DNA from: Prevotella sp. P5-108
GTDB taxonomy: Bacteria; Bacteroidota; Bacteroidia; Bacteroidales; Bacteroidaceae
NCBI GenBank assembly: GCA_963608705.1
Contig: CAVDHB010000048.1
Location: 3,664-67,663, forward strand
Direction of reading: 5' to 3'
Length of the DNA: 64,000 nucleotides
Positions 27,799-35,445 of this stretch are shown one piece after another. Under the pieces are notes generated by a model, which was not told the origin of the DNA, made no database searches, and was given only the letters and a program-made list of their open reading frames with translations. Numbering within the stretch: the first letter of the stretch is position 1; each line of letters starts with the position of its first letter. Both the position numbers and the translations under genes were made by a program.

Positions 27799-28380
27799 AT
27801 GGGGATAAGGAAACCACCTACATTGCAATCAAAAGGATGGAGTGGCTTTAATTTTGTCTACTTTAAGTTTTGCGGAAAACAGTTTAGGCATTCACTTCGG
27901 TGGGCAAGTTGTGCTGTTGTTCTTGCTTTTATTGTATCTGTGCTGTCTCCAAAACCGTATTATGATTTATTAGTTGTTTTGACTAGTATCGGTCTGAAGG
28001 TTGCACCCCCACTTTTAGGCTTTACTCTTTCCGGGTATGCATTGGTTATAGGCGTAAACGATGCCAATGTTTCAGAACGATTGAAGAGATACAAAACAAA
28101 AACAGGTATTACAATGTATCAGCAGCTTTATACTACCTTCATAGCCATGCTTGGATCAATATTTCTACTGCTGGTAGAAAGTGTCATATTGCACTACGCT
28201 TTGGAATCAGGTATCATGTTGTCCAATTCTATTGTAGTTGGTATTGTTAATATTAGTATCTTTTTAATATATTCGTTCACTATGTTTTATGCCTTGTTTG
28301 CAGTCAAAGATTTACTGTCAAATTTATTTAGTCTAGGACAGACAATTAATAACATTCATCAAGAGACACATAAACAATAA
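27799..28380 (+). CDS. Small 4-TM membrane protein (193 aa), translationally coupled to the upstream gene
   Basis: The start is 2 nt after the upstream stop. There are four hydrophobic helices (AVVLAFIVSVL; LLVVLTSIGLKVAPPLLGFTLSGYALVIGV; FIAMLGSIFLLLVESVILHYAL; VVGIVNISIFLIYSFTMFYALFAV). Confidence 0.7.
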   Translation: MGIRKPPTLQSKGWSGFNFVYFKFCGKQFRHSLRWASCAVVLAFIVSVLSPKPYYDLLVVLTSIGLKVAPPLLGFTLSGYALVIGVNDANVSERLKRYKTKTGITMYQQLYTTFIAMLGSIFLLLVESVILHYALESGIMLSNSIVVGIVNISIFLIYSFTMFYALFAVKDLLSNLFSLGQTINNIHQETHKQ

Positions 28381-28385
28381 GAAAA

Positions 28386-28559
28386 ATGAATATACTTTTC
28401 TTGATAAAAGGTTGGGGCGTTGGAGGACTGGAGGTCGTAATGTTCTTGTTAGCAAATAAGTTTATTTTTTTGCTTATGTCACAAACTCAAATATGCCATT
28501 TACGTGTAATAACAAGCATGTTTATGAAATATAAATATGACATTTACGAGGTTCAGTGA
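28386..28559 (+). pseudogene. Truncated N-terminal stub of a GT4 glycosyltransferase
   Basis: MNILFLIKGWGVGGLEVVMFLLANKF is a typical GT4 N-terminus. Homology is lost after a T7 run (28450s) and the frame stops at 57 codons. Confidence 0.6.
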
Positions 28560-28621
28560 TATGTTTATTAAATTCAATGACTATAGCAAACAAGCTAAAA
28601 CATTAGATAAATATTGATTTT

Positions 28622-29614
28622 ATGAAAAGAGTTTTTTCTTTTAATTCCGAACTTTATAAAGTCACAGGGGTGCAAAAGGTACTTCTGGATGTTCATCATG
28701 CGGTCATGGAAAATTACGATGCCAAGATTGTTGGTACTGTGTCGTATGACAAGCTGCATAAAGACCAAGGCATAAAACGAGAGGAATATATAAAGTTTAG
28801 GAATCCGTTTATGTTCCGTAATTCCATAGTCATCTTACATGAAAGAAAATTTCTGGCTCTATTCTGGTTGTTGAATCATTTATTTTTCCAAAATATCAAA
28901 TTGGTGTATATTCACCATAATGTGTTCAATAACCATCGCAGAATGTCGATAATGCCCAAAAATGTGGTGGCAATTTCTGATGAAGGTGTAAGAAATCTTC
29001 ATGAGTTCTTTGGCGTACCAATGAAGAATATCCATAAAATATATAATTGCGTGAAAGACATTCACCCACATTCACATAAAATATATGATGGCGGTGTTGT
29101 GAAAATTCTTTATCCAGCGCGAATTAATGAACAGAAAAGACAACTTGAAATAGTAAAGTTCTTGAAGGGGAAATTGAACGATAAAATAAAGATACTTTTT
29201 GCTGGTACAGGGCCGTATTTTGAATCTTTGAAAGAGTCTGTGCAAGGTGATGAGCATTTTGATTGCCTTGGCTATCGTTCAGATATATACAATTTACTTT
29301 CGGAGTGCGATTATATGTTGCTGTTTTCAGGCCATGAGGGATTGTCAATTTCCCTGATAGAAGCGACTATGATGTGTACACCCATTGTTTGTAATAATGT
29401 GGGAGGAAACTCTGAGATTGTAAAAAATGGCGTAAATGGGACAGTGCTTGATGTGAATGATTGGAAGGGTCTCATAGAGACGATGAACAATTTAGCAAAT
29501 ATTCCGGGGACTAAGTATAATGAAATGTCAATGAATAGTAGGAGAATATATGAAAGCAACTTCACTTTTGAAAAATTCAAAGCAAACTATCTCAATTTAT
29601 TAAGTAAGCTATGA
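28622..29614 (+). CDS. Glycosyltransferase family 4
   Basis: GHEGLSISLIEATMMCTPIVCNNVGGNSEIV. Confidence 0.85.
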   Translation: MKRVFSFNSELYKVTGVQKVLLDVHHAVMENYDAKIVGTVSYDKLHKDQGIKREEYIKFRNPFMFRNSIVILHERKFLALFWLLNHLFFQNIKLVYIHHNVFNNHRRMSIMPKNVVAISDEGVRNLHEFFGVPMKNIHKIYNCVKDIHPHSHKIYDGGVVKILYPARINEQKRQLEIVKFLKGKLNDKIKILFAGTGPYFESLKESVQGDEHFDCLGYRSDIYNLLSECDYMLLFSGHEGLSISLIEATMMCTPIVCNNVGGNSEIVKNGVNGTVLDVNDWKGLIETMNNLANIPGTKYNEMSMNSRRIYESNFTFEKFKANYLNLLSKL

Positions 29615-30417
29615 TGAAAAGAATTATACCATTCTTCGTCTTTTTGTTCTCACTAAGCGTTAGTGGATTTGGACAGGATATTTTTGAAGAAAAGCCAGCT
29701 TTTGAGGAACATTTCACAAGCAAGGAAATCAATAAGAGCATTTGGGGATTCAGCAAAGAGCAGTCTGGTTCTCTTCCATTCTATAATGGGGATAATAAGC
29801 GTAATGTCAAAGTAAAAAAAGGAAAACTTTATCTAACCCTAAGGAAGAATAGTCCTGATGAAGGGGAAAAATCGTATACTTCTGGAAGACTTTATACGAA
29901 GAAGTTCTATCGATATGGAAAGTTCGAGATACGAGCGAAAATGCCAAGTATAAACGGTATATGGGCGGCTATTTGGTTCAGAGCTAATTGGTCCAGAACC
30001 AAGGATGGTCCTGCTTGTCGTGGAGAAGTAGACTTGATGGAATGTTTTGTAAAGAACGGAAACTACAAGAAATGGAATGTGAACGTTCATTTATGGGGAA
30101 ATATAGAAGGAAAAACTAATAGTCATAGTCAGTATCCTTATTCGGTAATGTGCGATATTTCCAAGTATCATGTTTATACACTGGAAATCGCACCAAATAA
30201 AGTCGTCTTTAAAATTGAAGGGAATATTGTACGTACTGTGAGGAGAGGTGATATACCAGAATGGCCATTCGGAAATAATGAGTATCAGCTACTATTGGCT
30301 TTGTCCTATGGTGGTTGGGATAAAAATAAAATAACAAATGATGCACGGCTTCCTCAGACAATGAAGGTTGACTATGTGAAATATTACAAGTTGAAAGGAG
30401 AATACGAAAATGATTGA
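29611..30417 (+). CDS. Secreted glycoside hydrolase family 16
   Basis: Signal peptide MMKRIIPFFVFLFSLSVSGFG. GRLYTKKFYRYGKFEIRAKMP..GIWAAIWF, and GEVDLMEC matching the GH16 ExDxxE catalytic motif. Confidence 0.8.
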   Translation: MMKRIIPFFVFLFSLSVSGFGQDIFEEKPAFEEHFTSKEINKSIWGFSKEQSGSLPFYNGDNKRNVKVKKGKLYLTLRKNSPDEGEKSYTSGRLYTKKFYRYGKFEIRAKMPSINGIWAAIWFRANWSRTKDGPACRGEVDLMECFVKNGNYKKWNVNVHLWGNIEGKTNSHSQYPYSVMCDISKYHVYTLEIAPNKVVFKIEGNIVRTVRRGDIPEWPFGNNEYQLLLALSYGGWDKNKITNDARLPQTMKVDYVKYYKLKGEYEND

Positions 30418-31594
30418 ACTTGCCTCGCATGAAACTTGTACAGGATGTACAGCCTGTATGAACAGTTGTAAGCATGGCGCAATAGAAATGAAGCCAGACA
30501 ATGAAGGTTTCCTTTTTCCCAGTATAGATACAGCGAAATGTATCGAATGTGGGTTGTGCCAAAAGCGTTGTCCGGTTCTTCAGTCCTCAGAAAGTGGGAA
30601 TTTTGACAAGCCTAAGGCTTTTGCTTTATACAGTGAGGAATACAGGAGAGTAAGTAGTTCTGGCGGAGCGTTCTCTGTATTTGCCAGATGGACTTTTGCC
30701 AAGAATGGTGTGGTATATGGAGCAGCTTTCGATGAGAATCTGTTTTGTCGACACATAAAGGCGAATACGATGGATGAACTCTCCCCAATAAGAGGTAGTA
30801 AGTATGTGCAAAGTAATATTGGAAATGTATTTGGAGAAATAAGAGATGCACTTAGGCAAGGAACACAAGTCCTGTTTACAGGCACTCCCTGTCAAGTGGC
30901 AGGTTTAAAAGAGTTCCTGCATAAATCTTACGACAATCTCTTAACATTGGATCTTACTTGTCATGGTGTTCCGTCTAACTCAGTCTTTCAGTCTTATATT
31001 GAAAGATTATCGACCCGATTCACTGGAAAAATATCATTTTTTGAATTTCGTCGGAGAGATGGATGGGGATTTGCCCCGTCTATATCTTTTGGGGGTAAAT
31101 TGCAACCAATATATGATGTGGACAATCTGTATATGTGTGCTTTTGACCGTGCCGCTTTGTTTAGAAAATCATGTTATGCTTGTCCTTATGCAAAATTACC
31201 ACGAGTTGGGGATTGCACTATTGCTGATTTTTGGGGTATCGGTCGGTATGGAAAACCATTTAAGCATAATCTTCTCAAAGGCGTTTCGCTTGTTCTTGCT
31301 AATAACGAAAAAGGTTTAGCAGCGGTGAATGCTTTGCAAGACTCTTTTATTGAAGAAAGAGATTTGCATGAAGCTTTAATAGAAAATTATAATATAACCC
31401 ATCCTTCTGCTATTTACAAGGATAGGGATGCCATTATATCTGCTTTTCTTGATAAGAGATTAAGTCTAAATGACATTGATGAGAAGTTTCATTTAGTAGA
31501 TAAAAGTCTAAAAGGCAGAATTAAGAAATATGCGACAAAGTACCATGTGTTTGATTTCGTAAAAGCCATATACAATAAATACAAAACATTATGA
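30410..31594 (+). CDS. 4Fe-4S / FrhB-like protein, copy 2
   Basis: CTGCTACMNSCKHGA and CIECGLCQKRCP, followed by an FrhB-type domain colinear with copy 1. Confidence 0.85.
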   Translation: MIELASHETCTGCTACMNSCKHGAIEMKPDNEGFLFPSIDTAKCIECGLCQKRCPVLQSSESGNFDKPKAFALYSEEYRRVSSSGGAFSVFARWTFAKNGVVYGAAFDENLFCRHIKANTMDELSPIRGSKYVQSNIGNVFGEIRDALRQGTQVLFTGTPCQVAGLKEFLHKSYDNLLTLDLTCHGVPSNSVFQSYIERLSTRFTGKISFFEFRRRDGWGFAPSISFGGKLQPIYDVDNLYMCAFDRAALFRKSCYACPYAKLPRVGDCTIADFWGIGRYGKPFKHNLLKGVSLVLANNEKGLAAVNALQDSFIEERDLHEALIENYNITHPSAIYKDRDAIISAFLDKRLSLNDIDEKFHLVDKSLKGRIKKYATKYHVFDFVKAIYNKYKTL

Positions 31595-32667
31595 GAATAG
31601 GAATACTATCCATGCAGGAAGTGAAGAATTATGGATCATTTCTTCAGGCATACTCATTGAAAAGGAATATTGAAGCACTGGGACACAAATGCGAATTTAT
31701 TAATATTATTCCTGGAGAACAGCTCGGAGATTACAAGATTAGCAAGTTCCATAAACTGCGTTTGTTGATTGAAAGGTTGTGGGGATGGGATTTTGCGAAA
31801 CGTTTCAAGTACATCTATCAGTTTCAAAGTAGGTTCTCGAAAGAGTTCTTGCCTGAATTGGGAGTAAGGCCTGGTGCTACTATTGGACATTTCGATACCG
31901 TTGTCATAGGCAGTGACGAGGTTTTCAATTGTGCCCAAAAGACATGGTTCGGATTCTCAAAACAATTGTTTGGTGAGGGGCTGGATGCCAATAAAGTAAT
32001 TACTTACGCTGCATCCTTTGGGGCGACGACTGTTTCAAAGTTGGAAAAATTGGGCATCAAGGACACGGTGGCTCAATTATTAAAGAAGCTGGATGTTATT
32101 TCCGTAAGAGATAAAAATAGTGCGGAAGTCGTTGAAATGTTGACAGGTGGCGTTCCAAGTAGAAACGTTGACCCTGTCTTTATTTATGACTATACCAAGC
32201 ACATGCCGACTTCGGTAGACTTGAAAGACTATATGATAGTTTACACTTATCCTGGACGTATTACAGACAAGAATGAAATTAAAGCCATTCGTGCATACGC
32301 TAAAAGCAAAGGTTTGCTATTGGTAAGTATTGGTCATTACTTTTCTTGGTGTGACAAGACGATTGTCCCTCATCCGTTTGAAGTACTCGCTTATTTTAAA
32401 AATGCTGAATGTATCGTAACAGATACATTCCATGGTTCTGTATTCTCTATCAAGTTCAATAAGCAATTCTGCACGATTGTGCGTGGCATGAACAGTAATA
32501 AACTTACTTATCTGTTGGAGCAGTTCGGCTTGTCTGGACGCATAATTAATGATGTTAACGAATTGCCTTCAATTATGGAAAGAGATATAGACTATTCTCT
32601 CGTGAATACGAAAATAGCTCATGAGAAAGAGCGTTCCATCGCTTACCTGAAAGAAAACCTATCATAA
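31591..32667 (+). CDS. Polysaccharide pyruvyl transferase, copy 2
   Basis: RIGILSMQEVKNYGSFLQAYSL and IVTDTFHGSVFSIKFNKQF. ATGA overlap with FrhB-like copy 2. Confidence 0.85.
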   Translation: MRIGILSMQEVKNYGSFLQAYSLKRNIEALGHKCEFINIIPGEQLGDYKISKFHKLRLLIERLWGWDFAKRFKYIYQFQSRFSKEFLPELGVRPGATIGHFDTVVIGSDEVFNCAQKTWFGFSKQLFGEGLDANKVITYAASFGATTVSKLEKLGIKDTVAQLLKKLDVISVRDKNSAEVVEMLTGGVPSRNVDPVFIYDYTKHMPTSVDLKDYMIVYTYPGRITDKNEIKAIRAYAKSKGLLLVSIGHYFSWCDKTIVPHPFEVLAYFKNAECIVTDTFHGSVFSIKFNKQFCTIVRGMNSNKLTYLLEQFGLSGRIINDVNELPSIMERDIDYSLVNTKIAHEKERSIAYLKENLS

Positions 32668-32675
32668 AAGTTAAT

Positions 32676-33389
32676 ATGAAATCCGTTTTAATAGATAAAA
32701 TAGTAATAACGGAAAAATTCTCCATAAATCAAATATTTAAATACCCGGAGAAAGTATATACATTCCTAAACCCTGTCTCTTATCTTACAGCACTCGAACA
32801 CAAAGATTTGTTTGGATTGTTTGACGGTATTTTCGCAGATGGTTCTATTCTTGTCAAAGCCATAAAGTTGCTTTATGGTGAGGACGTGACGAGACGGAGC
32901 TTTGACATGACTTCGCTTGCTCCTGAACTGCTGTCGTATGCAGAGAAGGGCGGAAAGACTATTTACATAGTGGCTTCCAAACAAGAGCAGGTGGAAAAAG
33001 CCGTGGAGATATTCAAGGAACGTTATCCCCACTTGAAGTTTGCTGGTTATAGAAATGGCTATTTCTCTTCTGAAGCAGAAAAAGACGAGGAAACACGTCA
33101 TATTGTCGCAGTTAATCCCGACTTTCTTATAGTAGGTATGGGTGCGTTGGTACAGGAGCAGTTTCTGCTGAAAGTGAAGGAAGCAGGCTACAAGGGCATA
33201 GGCTTCACATGTGGCGGATTCATCCATCAGACTGCCAAGAACGAGATAGACTATTATCCGGTATGGGTGGATAAAACTAATCTTCGTTTTGCTTATCGTA
33301 TATGGAAGGAACCACATACACGCAAGCGTTATATGCAAGCGGCTCTTCTCTTTCCAGCACGTTTTATTTGGGAAAGATTTTTCGGATAG
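32676..33389 (+). CDS. WecB/TagA/CpsF-family glycosyltransferase (GT26)
   Basis: FLNPVSYL, FADGS, IVGMGALVQEQF, GFTCGGFIHQ. Last gene of the CPS operon. Confidence 0.8.
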   Translation: MKSVLIDKIVITEKFSINQIFKYPEKVYTFLNPVSYLTALEHKDLFGLFDGIFADGSILVKAIKLLYGEDVTRRSFDMTSLAPELLSYAEKGGKTIYIVASKQEQVEKAVEIFKERYPHLKFAGYRNGYFSSEAEKDEETRHIVAVNPDFLIVGMGALVQEQFLLKVKEAGYKGIGFTCGGFIHQTAKNEIDYYPVWVDKTNLRFAYRIWKEPHTRKRYMQAALLFPARFIWERFFG

Positions 33390-34073
33390 TCTTGTATAAC
33401 CAATGGATTGGCGCAAAGACTACCGATATGGGCGTGAGGATGATAAGCAGGAGCGTAGGGATTATATTGCCCAATGCTCGCAATATGCGTTCTTTCATGT
33501 GTGCAAAATTACTACAGCTATTTTACAATAACGAATCTTTTTGCAACTATTCGAATTAGGGCTTAAAAATGTATACCTTCACGGCTGAATCTTATGTGCA
33601 GCAGCGAAGATTTGGAAAGAATCTATTATTCCTAATTGGGTTATCATGCCAGTGGTAAGAATAGCTATGCTGATGGAGTCGCCTATGGGTATCTGTCCTG
33701 CAAGGGTGAAGAAACTCCAGATTTCCACGAACATCTGTGGCGAGAAGCTGAAGAACTGTGGCTATCAGTTTAAATGGAGTTTGAGGAGGCTTTGGAGGAA
33801 TGGTTTGAGGATAATGACAGAAAGTGGTTGAAATGAAGTCCTTTAGCGTTAAAATAATCCAATAAGTTTGGTGGCGTAAGAGGAAAAATATATCTTCGCA
33901 GTGCGAAATAGAAGAGAATTTGTTATGTTAGGAATTAATGCACCCAAGGTTATAGCCAAAGGTGAATATGCGCAAGCTGTTCGCAAGGCTGCTCTTGCGT
34001 CTGTCGGTTTAAAAGTAAAGAAGACAGAAGTGAGAAAAACGTCAAAATATCCATATAAGTTCGAATGGGTTTT

Positions 34074-34182
34074 ATGATGGATCTGAAAGAATATAAGATA
34101 GAACATCTTATCAATTTTGAAGAGCTGTCAGAATTCTATACAGGAAAGGAGGAGATGGATGTGTTTCTTCACAATCATTTTA
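34074..34182 (+). pseudogene. N-terminal stub of a GNAT-type (TacT-like) toxin, truncated at a repeat-element end
   Basis: MMDLKEYKIEHLINFEELSEFYTGKEEMDVFLHNH resembles the F-x-C/T-G-x3-L/M-D-x-F-L N-terminal signature of GNAT toxins. Homology ends where the 62-bp repeat copy (34181-34242) starts. Confidence 0.35.
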
Positions 34183-34242
34183 CTAGTTTAGTCGTTATAT
34201 TGCAATGTGCAAGCCAGGAGAGTGGTATGTTTGCGGATAATC
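34181..34242. repeat. Partial (right-end) copy of the fold-back element at 55.3 kb
   Basis: Hand alignment with 55395-55456 gives 53/62 identical positions, including the terminus GCGGATAATC. Confidence 0.75.
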
Positions 34243-34445
34243 ATAATAGCATCTTTACCTAATAATGTGGATTAGAAGTTGAATTGAAAGCAACAGAGTG
34301 TCTTGTCGTACGGGAGTGCAAACTTGTATTTATTGCAGATACATGAACTCGAAAAATTTGCAGTAAAGAATGGGTATCTCATTAAGAAAATGGAGGTAAT
34401 CTGATTACTAGAGAAAATGAAATAACATAATGAAGTGATTTGAAC

Positions 34446-34850
34446 CTAAACCTTTTCTATGATTTCTATCATCTGGGCAGCAGTGACAACCTTTGGGGTA
34501 TGTGGAAAATGCTTTAGATTCCCTGTTACCAAGAAACTGTCTTCTTTGCTTAAGGTCACTTCATAGAACACTCGGTCATCCTCATCTGGCATATCACCAT
34601 TGTAAGGATAACGAGAAGAGTCTATGCCATTTTGTCTGATGAAATCTATCAACTCACTAATTTGCTCCTCTGAAAGTTTGAATTTCTTCCTATGCAAAAC
34701 ATTTTTGTATTCTGCAACGATTTCATCACTATATAGAGGTGTGATTCTATGCATGAAAAGACATTCCAAGACTTTTACTGTGGATGCATCAGAATTGTGA
34801 GTGATGAGAGCTGAGACGAGTACGTTTGTGTCAATAACAGCGTATACCAT
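34446..34850 (-). CDS. PIN-domain toxin (TIGR00305-like)
   Basis: VYAVIDTNVLVSALI, DEIVAEYKNVL, DEDDRVFYEV, FLVTGNLKHF. Confidence 0.85.
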   Translation of the reverse strand: MVYAVIDTNVLVSALITHNSDASTVKVLECLFMHRITPLYSDEIVAEYKNVLHRKKFKLSEEQISELIDFIRQNGIDSSRYPYNGDMPDEDDRVFYEVTLSKEDSFLVTGNLKHFPHTPKVVTAAQMIEIIEKV

Positions 34851-34856
34851 TATATA

Positions 34857-35150
34857 CTATTTCTTTAATTGTCTAACTTCTCTTATCTCTCTATTTATTT
34901 CGTCTAAAGACAACTCTGGGGTAATTCCACTTTCTGCGGCAGCCCGAATACGATTGAACGCTGCCCGTGCTTTCGCTGTCACGCCGTCTTCACTTGCCTT
35001 GATGGAAAATGGAATGCTCTTGCTGCGGATGACAGCCTTCACAAAGATATTGATGGCTGTATTCGCACTCATGCCAAACTGTTCGCAAAGTTTGTCGAAC
35101 TGGGCTTTCTGTTGGTTGTCCATACGGACGGTCATCGCTGTTGTTGCCAT
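34857..35150 (-). CDS. RelB/DinJ-family antitoxin
   Basis: VRMDNQQKAQFDKLCEQFGMSANTAINIFVKAVIRSKSIPF (ribbon-helix-helix DinJ type). It lies 6 nt upstream of the PIN gene. Confidence 0.85.
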   Translation of the reverse strand: MATTAMTVRMDNQQKAQFDKLCEQFGMSANTAINIFVKAVIRSKSIPFSIKASEDGVTAKARAAFNRIRAAAESGITPELSLDEINREIREVRQLKK

Positions 35151-35445
35151 AATTGTTCTATTAAAAACTCAATGATAGCAATATGCCATCTATTTGATGG
35201 CAAATATACTAATTCCAGTGTGAATTCATTCGGTGTTCTCTTAATGTTTTATGTAATTTAACTAATATGAGGATAAGAAGTATGGTTTATCTACTTATGG
35301 AACGATTGTTGGCTCCATATACGGATAAAGCATATTTCTTTTCATAATCCATCAGTGTTGAACTGGGAATACATTTATTTGCACGAATATATGAGCATTA
35401 TCCGCATTTATTCGCGCATATATCATACTGACACATTTTGTTTTG

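Noticed and set aside
28440-28460. T7 homopolymer in the GT4 stub as a slipped-strand phase-variation tract.
   Set aside because: Neither alternative frame after the tract continues with GT4-like sequence, so the gene is truncated rather than frame-switchable.
33925-34077. The 50-codon ORF contains INAPKVIAKGEYAQAVRKAA, reminiscent of the FlhB/EscU C-terminal NPTH-adjacent region.
   Set aside because: There is no flagellar or T3SS context in Bacteroidales and the similarity is a short stretch only. It is better treated as a possible antitoxin remnant of a decayed TA pair.
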